From: Callorhinchus milii
Taxonomy: Eukaryota
Reading direction: 5' to 3'
Assembly (NCBI RefSeq): GCF_018977255.1
Contig: NW_024704743.1
Span: forward strand, 58,406,001 to 58,470,000
Length of the DNA: 64,000 nt
The stretch's first letter is position 1. Each line of letters begins with the position of its first letter. The notes under the pieces are model-generated. The model was not told where the DNA came from. It made no database searches and saw only the letters and a program-made list of their open reading frames with translations. A program made the position numbers and the translations under genes. Of the stretch, positions 12,761 to 25,470 are shown piece after piece.

Positions 12761-13858
12761 TTACATCTGCAATGTGTGGTCTAAGCAACAGCTTCTCTCC
12801 ATTGAAAAGGTCTTTACATTTGTTGCTAGGGCACAAGCAGACAGAAAATGATAACCTGCAGCAATGCTACAAAGGGAGCTTTAAATAAAGTAATAAACAA
12901 TGGCATTGATATCAAGGGAAAGAATGTTTCATTTCATTAAATGTAATTTGTTGTTTTTTTAAAATAAATATTATGCAAACAGAAATGAAGAAGCCAGAGC
13001 CTTGGGACGTCTTCCTACGTGAAAGGTGCTATATAAATGTAAATTTGTATTGTAAGCCCGAACTCTGACTGATGAAACCATCAGTGTAAATAATATGTTC
13101 TTAGAAATAGTATGAATTAACTTATTTTTTTAGATTTACAAAGCTCTCCTCCATCTCCATTAAGACAGATCTGAAAGTTGTTGCATTTTGTCTTAAGTTT
13201 GTTTATGAACCCTGGAACCATGTGTCTCTGTTAAAAAAAGAAAGTGGAAGTTTTTCACTTAATAGCCAGCTACATTGTTTTTTTATTAATAATAACCATT
13301 CTCCTACAAATATTTTCCTTCACCCACAAAATATACAATGAATTCACTTGACAGTGTATTCTGTGAAGCTCTTTGAGATGTCTCAAAGACATGATGCAAG
13401 GATTATTACTATTAATCACTATGTTTTACAGCAAAATCCTATGAAGTGCTTTGAGACATCCCCTCATTGTATCAAATGTATATACCATACCTTACATTTG
13501 ATATCACTTTTTCCATGTAAAGCTGCAAACTATTTATGCTACTCACCTTTCAATATTGCATTGAGTTAGGCTTTCAATTCTCATTCATACTCAGTAGTTA
13601 AATAATTGCATTCAGATAGTTAGCATCAAAGAAAATTGTAAACAAATGAGTACAGATGTAACCCATAATGAGATATCATGCACAATTATGAACAAAATAA
13701 GTGGCTATATTAACATAAGACAGTTCATGGAACACACAAGAGACACAATGGAGAACAGTAGAAGGATTTGCATTTTCATAAGGTCAAAATGTCTCAAAGC
13801 ATTTCATAGGAATTTCCTTTACATTTAATGATTGTTTTTTGCAGATAAATACTGCAGT

Positions 13859-13962
13859 CATTTTGCACACAGCACGTCCTCCAAACGGTTAAGGGAAAAT
13901 TCATTAAAAAAGAAACTTGATGATATATCCACCCTGAGTTTAAGAAACATGAAGCAAAATAC
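13859..13962 (+). mobile_element. possible Myb/SANT-like ORF2 fossil
   Basis: AHSTSSKRLRENSLKKKLDDISTLSLRNMKQN vs A.S..KRT..QC.KK.NDL...R.K..HN. Confidence 0.35.
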
Positions 13963-14214
13963 GTGTTCCTCTTCACCAGCTTAGTGCTAAACCGAGTGCA
14001 ATACAACAACAACAGCAGCAGCAGCAACTTGCAATTATATAGCGGCCTTCACGCAGGGCAGCATCCCGGAGTGCAATAAAAGTAAGGGATTGATTATTTT
14101 AACACAGTCCTGGAGGACCGAATAGCCTTGGGATGAGTAGTCATGGAAGGAAGAAAATTAGTTTTGGCTTTAATATTTTTGCTAAATTTAGCAAAGCTTT
14201 ATAAAGTGAAGACT

Positions 14215-14550
14215 AAGTTCTGGAACTCCATCCCAGTTCCCCTCCGCCTCACCCCCTCCCTTGCCTCCTTCAAGCGGTCTGAGACGCTACCTTGTTTGGA
14301 GGGCGCTATATAAGAGCAAGTTGTTGTTGTTCAAGGCCCATCTCAAGACCTTCCTCTTTGTCCCTGATTTCAGTCATTTTCCCACCACCGCCCCCTTTAT
14401 TCTCCATCCCTCTTTTTTTCCAATCCCCAGCTCAGGTGCAAACCCTTCACTTTCAGGTGATTTGGAATGTCCTCATGACTGGAAAAGTATTATGTAAATG
14501 TAATTTGATGTTGTCCTCCTGATGTAGAGTTGCTGTATAAATGTAACTTG
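14215..14550 (+). mobile_element. nested L2 3' ends
   Basis: CTGGAACTCCATCCC, TTCAAGGCCCATCTCAAGACCTTCCTCTTTG and several TATAAATG/(TTG)n tails. Confidence 0.75.
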
Positions 14551-14669
14551 TATCATATTTAGAAATTGGTTTCCAATAAAGAGAACCAGCTCCCACATTA
14601 AAACTGATTTTAAGAATCGTTCACAATTCTCTATCATCTTAGGCCCAGGAGGTATTACGGAGGAAAGAA

Positions 14670-15165
14670 AGGAAGATTATCCCCAGTGTTCAAGGAATGA
14701 GCTATGAGCAACAATTAGACAAGCTGCGGCTCTTCGTTCTTCAGAGAAGATGACTCAGAGGGGACTTCATAGAATTGCAAAAAGTTTTAAATGTGATTGA
14801 AAAAAGTATGGTCAATACATTAGAATGCAACAAAACATTGTAATAAGAGGAGATGGGTTTAGAGTTGCAAAGGGAAATTTCAGGATAGACACCAGGAAGT
14901 TTTCTTTACACAGAGGGTCATCAACAACTGGAACACATTGCCAGAGAAAGTGGTAGAGACCAGGACACTGGATTAATTTAAAAAGCAGCTTGATTTAAAA
15001 AGCATTTCAAACGCAGCTGGATAGATATTTGGGGAGGACAAATTTGCAAGGCTATGGGGAGAGCGCGGGAGTGAGATTGATTTGGAGAGCTCTTTCAAAG
15101 AGCCGGCACGAACACAATGGGCCGAATGCCTTCCTTCTGTACTGTATAATTCTATGATTCTATGA
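14670..15165 (+). mobile_element. CR1 3' fragments
   Basis: AGAAGATGACTCAGAGGGGACTT, TTCTTTACACAGAGGGTCATCAAC; ends (ATTCTATG)n. Confidence 0.85.
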
Positions 15166-15444
15166 TGTTGTGATGGGGAACAGTGGAGTAGTTGTTAAGT
15201 TGTATTATTAAATTATAAAAGAAAATGGTCTTACAGGCTAAGACTAGGTGGAATTTCAGGCATCTGCATAGATGAATAATTATATTGTTTTATGGTACGT
15301 CAGAAGCCAAAGCCATTAAACAACAAGGCGAACATTTTCCACATTTATAAAATGAATAAGGTTTTTGAATTTCGAGCACAATATCTAGCACTAATATTTG
15401 TCAGCATGAATGTTTAGTGTAATTTAATGCAAAAATAATGCTTG

Positions 15445-16095
15445 AAGCATCTTTAGCAATGGTATTTGTCATTCCGAGTGTCTTAGATGTTGAAGCACTC
15501 CACTACAATATATTGCCATCTATAAGAAATAGAAGAGACTAATAAACAGTGATTCTGACCTTGGAGAGCTTTGCTGGCATATTAGGGGACGTTGATACAT
15601 GGTAGGAAACTGACAGCGAATTGTTGTAACCAGTCTGGTAGGAATCCTTTAGTTTCTGGAAGATGGTGTAACGAAGAAGAGAGAGCTTGTTGATTAACCC
15701 TTAGTTAACCTCTTGTGTGCTGTGGAGGAGTTCACCCATCCAGGCACAATGTCTTTGTGGGGGCCACTGAACCAGATACGTTCTTGTATCTGACTCCCAC
15801 TCCTTAATTTTAAATTGGATTTCTTACCAGGAGTCAATGCAACCACATTAATAATCCAGGCCTGCTAATTGTGGGTTTCTGGGCTGAAAAACAACTCTTC
15901 GGAGGGGTAGCATCTCAGAATTGCCAATCTGCTAGCCAACTATCCCAGGGTTAAATCCTATATAATGCAGCACTGGATATCTGATAAATTGGTGAAAGCA
16001 AAGATGTGAAGTACATGATGGTAAACTTAAGCAATAAAACTTTCATTGAAAATACAGAAAGATAAAAAAGGATGAAAGGTTTCAAATTTCAAACA
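15445..16095 (+). mobile_element. decayed Harbinger transposase, most of its length
   Basis: EALHYNI; SFAGILG+6+ETDS (GFA.IAG+6+AIDC); INP*L (INVQL); IQAQCLCGGH; NYPRVKSYIM; KTFIENT; RFQ, in order. Confidence 0.55.
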
Positions 16096-16278
16096 ACCTA
16101 GAAAACAAATTCTATTAGATTACATAGAAAATGGTTAGAAATACAATAGAGTGAGGAATACGTGACAGAGTGAGAAAAGCCAATGGCCTGAGAGCTCTGT
16201 CATGTCAGTTGGTGCTCATTAATGCTTCATGTCTTTTCACCCCACCCGCCCAATCGCTTTCAGCCTCTATAGCCCTAT

Positions 16279-16575
16279 GGAGTCCTGTAGCTTTGTGGTG
16301 AGAGAACTCGCCTCCCAAGCAAGAGACCTGGGTTTGATTCCTGGGAAGGGTGAAGCCTTAGGCAAGATTCTTTACTCCATCCGGTTGTTAGTCGTTTAGT
16401 GGATCGCTTTCTGGGGGTAATAATCCCTTAATAAAAACAATAATTTGTTTACTCAATCAAGTTTGTGGGACACTGCTGGCGCAAAAATGTGCAGTCAATT
16501 CACTTTACAGTTTATTCTTTGAGACATCCCAAAGACGTGATAAGGAACAATATCAAATGCAAAGATTATTATTAT
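16279..16575 (+). mobile_element. tRNA-derived SINE, diverged
   Basis: GGAGTCCTGTAGCT head through CAAATGCAAAGATTATT tail. Confidence 0.85.
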
Positions 16576-16734
16576 CTAACATTTTCTCTAATGTGTTTCA
16601 ACTATTCATTTTTAAATTGTGTTCTTCCTAATAATTTCTATAGTTTAAGGTTAATATTATGGTAATAAAGTTATTCTGATGTTTGAGTTATTTTATTATT
16701 GCAAATCAGCATTTTCATCAGATGAGTTGATAGT

Positions 16735-17290
16735 CCTATCTGCGGTAACGCAAAAACATTATGGGTACGTTTCTGTCCAGTAAAACTCCACACGACAAAA
16801 ATCTTGTCATACCATCTCTCAGTCCTCAGCACCAAACCAGAATCTAAGCCTTGTGAGCTGACCTGATATACAAAGCTTCCCTATAGAACATAACCATATG
16901 TTGCTGAGTCATTTTTCAGTAATGTTACATACAATTGCAGAGAATTAAATTGAATATACTGTTCCTTCCACCCAGGTTCACAATTTATAGAAACAGTCAG
17001 CCCATGGGAGCAAGAGATTCTGTCAACTATCTCAAGATTAAAGCTTATAATGCGATACTAGCTGTCTGATAAATTCATGAAAGCAGAGATGACCATAAAC
17101 TTAATAAAACTTTCATTAAACGTACAGAATGGCACCGCATTGATCTCCAAAGTCAAATGGACACCTAACCAATTTTTTCTTTCCCATGTATTCTTTTATC
17201 TCTTTCCTCTATAGAACAAAGGTGCCATCTTAACTATCCTATGCATTATGTGCTGTCATGAAATATTGTACTTAGCCAAGAAACTGAATG
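16735..17290 (+). mobile_element. decayed Harbinger transposase, tandem neighbour of 15445-16095
   Basis: HYGYVSVQ..CHTISQSSA (FYASGSFQ..CGISQSSA); KTFIKRT; IMCCHEILYLA (CC.LHNLA); 17020-17130 aligns with 15935-16060 at DNA level. Confidence 0.5.
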
Positions 17291-18017
17291 AATGGGCTAC
17301 AGAGACATAGGAAGTGTCGTGAATTAAATTGGAAAATAATATTGCTATTGGCAGAACACCATAGTGTTATTCACAATGTTAAACATTCATTAAACATTTC
17401 CTTCAAAACAAGAAAGACTGCAAGTAAAGCTGAGAACCAGTGATACAGACACAAAACTGTTACAAAAGAAGTTGCACAATATTAAACAGGAATGTAACAC
17501 TTTTGTCACCTCACTGAACCATCAGTACAGCATTATTGAGATAAAAGTTTACAGGACAAAAGTGATTGCTTATATAATGCAACTAATTATAGGGTAATAT
17601 GTCAAAACGTATGGCATGTTTATAACAACAACAGCTTGGATTTATATGGCGTCCTCCATGCCAGACGGCGTCTCAGAGCGCTTCACAGTAACGGATCCCG
17701 GGGACGAGCCAAGAGGAGGGGGAGGAAGGTGACCAAAGGCGCGATCGAATTCCTATGGGAATTAAGAACTAAATATTTCCAGAGCTAATACAGCCTCGAC
17801 ATTTGGGATCTTAAATGATGGGCATTTGATGCCGTTGGCATCACTATTTCGTGTTTCCCCTATGGTTTGGGTTTTAAAGATTTTCACAATGCTGTAAAGG
17901 CTGTCTTGCTGTGATTGTGTGGAATATGCTTCCATTTTACCCACTCTAGTTTCATTGGAGACTTTTGAACCAGTGTTAAGTGGGAAGCAGAGACAGAAAT
18001 GTAGAAAAGTGCTGCCA

Positions 18018-18720
18018 TAGAACCATAGAAATGTACAGCACAGAAGAAGGTCATCCAGCTATTGTGTCTGTGCTGGTGCTTTTAGAAAGCAATTTTTTCC
18101 AGTTCTATTCACCTGCCATTTTCCATACTTCTGTAGTTTACTCCTTTTAGATATCCAGATACCTTTATGAAAGCTAATACAAATTCTGTCTCAACCATCT
18201 CTCCCAGCAGGGCATTCTGTATCCTCACTACACTATGCATGAAAACCTACCCATTTGCTCATTTGCTAGCTATCTTAAATTGATAATAATAATAATAATA
18301 GACCTTGCATTTGATATAATGCCTTATCACATATTTAAGTTGTCTCAAAGCGCTTATTCACTTTACAGAATATACTGTAAAGTGAATTGACGATATATTT
18401 TGTGAGTGAAACATGGCAGTAATTACGCACAGCAGTGTCCCATGAACAATCGTGGATTGAGTGACTAATTTATTTAATACTTTTATTTTTTTGAAAAAAT
18501 CATTACCCCGGAAAAGCATTCTGCCAATTGCTTAACAACCAGCTTCCTATTTACTGCTAGATAAACAGAGGCATGTGGAATAAGGAAACTTGCCCAATGT
18601 TTCGCCCTGCCAGGAATCGAACCCAGATCTATCGCTTGCAAAGTGAGTGCTCTAACCACTGAGCTACAGGACACCACACTCTCTAGTCATTGAATCACTG
18701 ACCAGTATGAATAATTTCTT
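18018..18720 (-). mobile_element. CR1 3' fragment split by a long-form SINE (18285-18674, minus)
   Basis: CATAGAAATGTACAGCACAGAAGAAGG CR1 end; complete antisense SINE. Confidence 0.85.
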
Positions 18721-19089
18721 CCTATTGAATCTGAAAAGCCAATGATCTATGAAAGAACTCATTATCTCCACACAGTCTGGCTGTGTGGCAATTAATACGC
18801 AGGGTCAACAGTGTAGCCTGACACCAGTCACATCAACTTAGTTTCTTTTCAGGAGGATTCAATGCTTAGGACAATATACAGCACGGCACTAAGAGAAAAT
18901 GTACTCATTTTAAATAACATGTTCTAATGTTTGCGATATATTTTACAAAATACTTAATCGAATTTCTGAAATTAATGAATGTGCTGAAGAAATGTGAAAA
19001 TCACATTTCTCTTTTCATAATTGCTCAGCTTGCATTCAAACATGAAACGCGCTTTACAAATGTAATTTTGTACTGTATTATTCTCAGGC

Positions 19090-20080
19090 ATATTGTGTAC
19101 CACTCTGAACAGGGCAAGCTTCGGAAGCCTTGTTTTAGTATCCCCAGTGTTTCTTCTGTGAGCCTTACTGGTTCATCTGCACACTGTTCTTTGTACAGTG
19201 TTGTCTCAAACCATGGAAGCAAAACTTCAGCTATATCCATCCATCCAGTCTTCAGTACCTGCTACCCACAGAATAAAAAAAACATGCATAATTCTTACAT
19301 TGAACATAACTCCTATAATATTAACATGTCTAGAAAAGCTTTATAGGTAATCACTGCCTGGGCATTTGTAAGCAAAAGTGACAGCCATGTTTACAAAAAA
19401 TTACAAAGACTGTACACCAAGGAAACAGTCCACTGGCCCAACTAGTCCATGTTGGCGTTTATACTCCACACAAGTGTCCGCCCATTCCCTAATCCCACCC
19501 ATACCCTTCTAATCCCCATCTTCCTCATGTGATGGTCTTGCTTTTACACACAACAAGATGCACACAGAACCACAAAGTGAGAGTCCAGTTTATCTGGAGG
19601 ATTGTTGACCAAATGGGAACTGTACATTGAAACTCAGGATGTTTTTGCAGTGGTCACACATCATCTCAACGTTGTTCCCTTTTCAATTCAGATACTTGTG
19701 CTGGTCACACAGATGGCTACAATAAGCACAGAAAATGATATGCTTCAGCCTTTTGGCATTGACCTTGTAGCCCTTGCAGCTGCTTGTTCCTGCTGTGATG
19801 AATAAATTGGAGGTGTCATGATACAGTGCTCCAATTAACTTCTTAATGCAATGCAACAGAGCAAACAGGTAACACCCAGGATGTCCTGCTGTGGATGTTT
19901 GAATGGTTATAATGGCAAGAAAGGTGAGGATATTTATGATTTTCACTGCCATTGGTAGTGCAGTCTTCATGGTGTTTGCCGTTTTTTATTGAGCAGATGG
20001 CGTGTCTCAGTCACTATCTCTCTGGCTAGCCGCACCCTTCTCACTCCATTACTTTGTCTCTGTAGACTTGCTGCCTGGGT
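19090..20080 (-). mobile_element. PIF/Harbinger (HARBI1-like) transposase pseudogene, best-preserved copy, split by a CR1 end (~19400-19545)
   Basis: QVYR; VRRVRLAREIVTETRHLL; TALPMAVKI..LTFLA..FALLHCIKKLIGALY; YCSHL; YLN*KG..NVEMMCDH..ILSFNVQFP; GW..LLPWFETTL; TEETLGILKQGFRSL. Confidence 0.88.
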
Positions 20081-20706
20081 TAGTACCAGCTGCCATGTGT
20101 GTGGCTTTGATGCCTTCTGTACTCACAGACCTCTTTCTCCTCACACTGTGGGTCATTCTGCTTCAAAAATTGCCAGGATACGAATGCTGCCTGTCAGAGC
20201 AATACTGCGCAGTATGTTTTCCCGAAGGGATAGTAGATGAAGACATTGCTTGGTGCTTTCATGCTACCATACAGACTGGAAAAGCACAGGCCTATGAATT
20301 AGCTGAGTTAGCTGTGAAAACGTTCCTCCTAATCTCCATTTTGGACTTCTCAGTTATGATTTTAAAATCATGCCCTCGAGTTCTTGACCCCCTGATCACT
20401 GGAAATAGTGATTGACTCTCTTCTTATTTTTATCTTTCGTATTAACTGTGATTCTAAGCCCAGAATATATTTTGAAGTAAAAGAAAATTGGATTGCACTT
20501 TGCAATGGCTCGTGCTCTGTAAATGGCCACTTTATAGTCTCTAATTATAATTGCGCCATGCATAACCTCCAAGGGATGCACATACCTTTTCTGAGTCAGT
20601 AGCTTGACGGTGAGGTGTTTAGCATCAAACTTATGAGTTTACCGTGATAATAATATAATAATAACAATAATAATAAAAATCCTTGCATTTGATATAGCTA
20701 TATATA

Positions 20707-21011
20707 GGAGTCCTGTAGCTCAGTGGTTAGAGCACTCGCCTCTCAAGCGAGAGACCTGGGTTTGATTCCCAGCAGTGTGAAACCTTGGGCAAGTTTCCTT
20801 CCTCCACACGCCTAATAATAAACCCTCAAGAAAAAAACAATATTAACTTGGTCATTTCAATGCACGACTGTTTGTGGGACACTGCTGTGCGCAATTGGCT
20901 GCCGCATTTTGCCCACAAATATACAGTCAATTCACTTTACAGTATATTCTGTGAAGCGCGTCTAGAAGATGTGAAAAGCGCTGTATCAAATGCAAGGATT
21001 ATTATCATTAT
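20707..21011 (+). mobile_element. tRNA-Ala SINE, short form, nested in an antisense SINE tail
   Basis: Full head/body/tail; flanking antisense tail resumes at TATAGCG. Confidence 0.92.
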
Positions 21012-21253
21012 AGCGTCTTATCACATCTTCGAGACCTCCCAAAGCGCTTCACAGAATATATCAAAAAGTTGCGTACGTTGTGGGTGAAACGCAGCAGCCA
21101 CTTGCACACAGCAGCATAAACAGCCGAGAAAAAAAAATTGTTTTGATAGAACTCAAAAGCATTCTGGTACAATTACAAGAAGAGTTTAGCAACAAGCTTC
21201 AAAATTAAATAATTCCTAAACTGTGATCCAGAATCCAGTAGTACTTGTAAAGC

Positions 21254-21592
21254 AATAATAATAATAATAATAATAATCCTCGCATTTGATATAGCGCTTT
21301 TCATGTCTTCTCAACATCTCAAAGCGCTTCACAGAATAGACTGTAAAGTGAATTGACCATATATTTGTGGCCAAAACGTGGCAGACGATTGCGCACAGAA
21401 GTGTCCCACAAACAGTCGTGGATTGAAAATGACCAATTTATTATTGTTTTTTGTTTTTGGAGGGATGATTATTAGACGTGTGGAGTAAGGAAACTTGCCC
21501 AAGGTTTCGCCCTGCCTGGAATTGAACTCGCCTTGCAAGGCGAGTGCTCTAACCACTGAGCTACAGGACTCCAACCACTGAGCTACAGGACT
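21254..21592 (-). mobile_element. tRNA-Ala SINE, short form, with duplicated head end
   Basis: Antisense copy; AACCACTGAGCTACAGGACT occurs twice at 21551-21592. Confidence 0.92.
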
Positions 21593-22419
21593 ACAATCCA
21601 ATCACTCCAAGAGAGATCCCACACAGCACACCAACAAGACAATCAGTCAAACATTTCGAGGCAGGTTCAACAACTACAGAATGCAGCCGCAGAGGAAAAT
21701 AACAGATAAGAGGGAACAAATAGAAAAACACAATTTTTTTATAATTATAAAATTATAAAACACAATTATAATTAGAGACTATAAAATGGTCATTCACAGA
21801 GTAGTAGCCATTGCAAAATGTAATCCAATTTTGTGCTTTTCCACATAGTGAGCAGGGTGATAAACTTTATAAGTAATTGGCATAACAATGAAACACTTGG
21901 GAATCAGGAACAGAATCTAAGAGTGTATAATGATCAGGAGCAAATGGTATTTATTTTCCAGGAGATTAATAATACCTTTTATAGATTCCATTAGGCATTT
22001 TATACCTTTGATTGTCTACTTTGGAATAGGAGTACAATAACTTTTCAACACTATCAAGCTATCAGGAGACCTGTAGGAAGACAAGGTTACCTTAGACCAA
22101 ACTGTTGTACACCAGGTAAGAACAAATAAGTTGTCCAGTCTCTCATGACAGGTAAATTACAGACAGTAAATGGATTACTGACTGAATTCAATTCCATCTA
22201 ATTTAGTGGCCCCTGAACTGTTACATGTATCTAAGGGAGCCAAACGCCTTGCTGTGTACAACTGATTATGGATCAGGAAACCATTTCCATCTCGGTAAAG
22301 CTCAGCTGAGGTCCTAGCAAACAGTAACATGCTAAACTTATGGATTGCTTAAATACCACTACAAATACTGCTACAAATTCTCACAGTAAACCTCACCTTT
22401 AAAATAGACTAGCCTAATT

Positions 22420-22690
22420 GTGCATTCTTCGTGTCCAGACTAGACTACGCCAACTCTCTGATTGCCAACTCTTCCCTCTACAAGCTCCAGGCCATCCAGA
22501 ACTCTACAACTTGTGTCTTCTCCTGCAATGGGCTTCACAAGTCTATCACCCCCATCTTCACCCAGCTCCACTGGCTTCCATCCCCCACCCCTCCCGAATC
22601 CAACCTCCAGCTCAGGTGCATCCGTTGACTGTCCAGTACCTTGGGACATTCTCACAAATAGGATGTATATAAATGCAATTTGTTGTTGTT
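22420..22690 (+). mobile_element. L2 ORF2 3' fragment, internally deleted
   Basis: SRLDYANSL..KLQAIQN..ITPIFTQLHWLP. Confidence 0.88.
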
Positions 22691-23027
22691 GCATGGAAAC
22701 AAAGGAAACATATGCTAAATAGCATATTCTTGACATAATGTAGGAGTGCAGACATCTAAGAATAAAACAACACACAGGAGTACAAATTTTAGTATTCCTT
22801 AACATGTTCTTTATCATCAACATTAATTTAACACCAGCGTTTATTAAAGGAGTTTAGTTTAAGCAAAGAATTTCTAGCATTAGGAATGTATCTTAACTTA
22901 ATTAGGATACTTAATTGATGGCTCATGCATCCGAGTCAGAAGATTGTGGGTTCAAGGCCCAATTTGGGTCTTTGAATTCAATTGACTGGCTGACACTTCA
23001 ATACAGTGCTGGTGGCATTGCACTTTT

Positions 23028-23470
23028 TGAATTCAAGTTCCTCATCCTCACCTACAAGGCCATTCACGGCCTCGCTCCCTCCTACCTCTCCAACCTACTA
23101 TCCCCCTACCTACCTGCCCGTACTCTCCGTTCCTCTGGCTCCAGTCTGCTCCACATCCCCTGCTCCAACCGCCCTACCATCGGTGGCCGGGCCTTCAGCC
23201 TCTCAGCCCCGAGGCTCTGGAACTCTATCCCCCAGTGCCTTCGCCGCCTCCTCCCTTTCCTCCTTCAAGGCCGGTCTCAAGACTTTTCTCTTTGACCGTG
23301 CCTTCAGCTCCCCTCTCGACTCTCTACCCCCTCCTCGCTCCCTCCCTTCCCTCCCCTCACCCTGACCATTTCCCCCCTGCTCGGATCCTGACCCAACTGT
23401 ACAGCACCTTGGGACGTCCTCCCGACGTGAAAGGCGCTCTATAAATGGAATCTTGTTGTTGTTGTTGTTT
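23028..23470 (+). mobile_element. young L2 3' fragment inserted in an old Deu-SINE (22915-23600)
   Basis: FKFLILTYKAIHGLAPSYLS..GGRAFS..APRLWNSIP; (TTG)n tail; Deu-SINE halves on both sides. Confidence 0.93.
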
Positions 23471-23757
23471 TAGAAATACTACGCTTCAGATAAATAATAA
23501 ACTCTGATCTGCCTGCACAGGTGAATGTTCTTTGAAAAGAGAGGGAAGTTTCTCCCAGTGTCCTGGCCAGCAGTTTCCCAGATAAAATTAGACATCCATT
23601 TCTCTTTAGTGGCCAAAGTGTTTTCTCTTTAAATTAATCATTTCATGCCTTTCTTTCCAACCAGCTTTTGGTCACCTTTCCCTCCCATTTCCTCCCCTCC
23701 CTCCATCTTCCAGGATAACCAGTTGATATGTTAAACATCACAAGGTCTTTAAATTAA

Positions 23758-24084
23758 ATGCAAGTGTTAATTAGCATCTTAAATGTTAACTCACACATTG
23801 CAACATGGCAGATCTCACCCAGTTTTGTACAAAATAAACTTTCACATGAGAAAGTTGCAGCCAGCATATTGACAACTGAAGCGGAGCATCATTCTACAGA
23901 ACTGAAAGAGACACCTTCTTATTTAAGTGAATGGATCTATTCTCTGTCTAAACATGACAATTTTCTGTTTTCCCTTTGTATTAATTTGAAAGCGTTATTC
24001 GCCCTAACAGTTTGGCAGTCAGCTGGTCATGCATGGGAAAGCACACGTTTTCCTTCTGCAATAGTATTAGTTGTCTTTTCTTAG
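23758..24084 (+). mobile_element. Harbinger-transposase-like fossil with a 108-codon open frame
   Basis: SILNVNSH (ILHVNAR); TTEAEHHSTE..LSEWIYSL (TEAE.RYNE..IEQTIG.L); STRFPSAIVLV (SP.RVS.IIV). Confidence 0.45.
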
Positions 24085-24509
24085 ATTATTACCCATTTCA
24101 AAATTTACTTTTCACTTCTAAATACCTTAGGACTGTACTTCATTGCTGGGATTTAAAGTCTGATATTTCCTAATGGATTTGTCTGCCAATTAGATGCTCT
24201 CTCATGCTGGTAATGAAGCGTGCCACAGAATGTTTGAAGTTGAAACAGATTTCTAATTTCTGACAACTAACAGTAGTCCCACCAAATTTCTATCTTTGTT
24301 GTAATTAGACTAGTTTTCTACAGGTAGCATCAATGTTGTACAGGAAAAAGGGGCAGATGGTTACAGTGGAACTTTTTCTACCACTTAAGTGTATCAAATA
24401 TCTCTCAAATTAGAAAAGGAGCTTCTCAATCAACTGCAGGAAAAGGTCTAGGATATTGATCAATTCCGAAAATGCTGGAAGGAAAAGGTATACATGGGGT
24501 TTTATTCTT

Positions 24510-24647
24510 GTTCCTGACATTTGGGAGATTCAGACTCCTTCTAGCCATCCTAGATATATTTGAGATCTCCTTGCCGGACCAAGTGATTGGCCTGCCAGAA
24601 CAGATGTAGACAGCATTCCACCAAGGCTTAAATGAGCTGCTGTGCAA
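24510..24647 (-). mobile_element. possible Myb/SANT-like ORF2 fossil
   Basis: WWNAVYICSGRPITWSGKEISNISRMARRSL vs V.A.S..RTW.QC.KK.NDL.R.AR.KL. Confidence 0.3.
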
Positions 24648-25316
24648 GCGTTACTTTATTTTGGTTTCTTAATCAAACCAACAAAAGAGATTTAATTCTG
24701 ATGTTTTTATAAAGCTTCACGCTGGTTTTATTTTGGAGAAAATGTGTTCGCTTCCTTGTGTTCATTATTCTATTACGTTACGTTTTATCCATCGTATCAA
24801 TGTTTTATATGTTGTTTGACTTATTTATTATGCTGATAATCATAGTGAAATGAACAAGCTATTAATAGTGTTATGAAACATGCAGTGCTCTGGTGAACAG
24901 CTGTTGAGACAATAAAATATACCGAAGTCACACTGGGACATAAGTGTACCTGGGTTTTTACAGCAGTGAATTAATCAATCAAAACACACATTATTCTATC
25001 CCATAGTGTAATATGAGCAATCATATTGGAACAATAAGGAAGGACTGAACAATTTTAATTATTGGAAAAACAACTATCCCCAAGGGTGTTATGAGCCTTA
25101 GCCGAAGATTCCTCTTTGCTCCTAGAAAATTTTTGAATCACTTGAAGAAGTCTAAGATTTCTCCATGTGAATCCAGAGTCATAATCCAAGAGAATTTCCA
25201 AGACATTCTTTAATCTTATGGAGGCTGCATTTTGCTGTAAAAGAAAACATGAATACCAATCCAGAGAACTTATAATTGTGGGAAGTTAGTCTTCCAGGAT
25301 CAATATACAAAGTAAA

Positions 25317-25470
25317 GGCCCAAAATGTCTCACAGTCTTGTAACGCATTTAAAATTAAAGTCTCTTCAGAATTGTGGAAATTTCTTAAATTCAGTCTTGA
25401 TTTGGAAGTCGATTTAGCTGTTATATTTATTTGATGGTTAATATTTAATTGATGGCTTCCAAATTAAGGG
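25317..25470. mobile_element. partial copy of palindromic MITE family
   Basis: CAGAATTGTGGAAATTTCTTAAATTCAG core shared with 47090, 50535, 58770. Confidence 0.6.

Larger units (their letters stand above)
20484..21832. repeat. 70-bp inverted repeat (20484-20553 / 21763-21832)
   Basis: 62/70 matches by manual alignment, ungapped. Confidence 0.9.

Noticed and set aside
19025..19258. Protein-like ORF VLKTGWMDIAEVLLPWFE..GILKQGFRSL as a host exon
   Set aside because: It is the GW..PWL / IE..IG.LK.RFRCL part of the adjacent transposase pseudogene.
21630..21690. QTFRGRFNNYR as a GIY-YIG (Penelope) remnant
   Set aside because: Too short, with no supporting flanking motifs.
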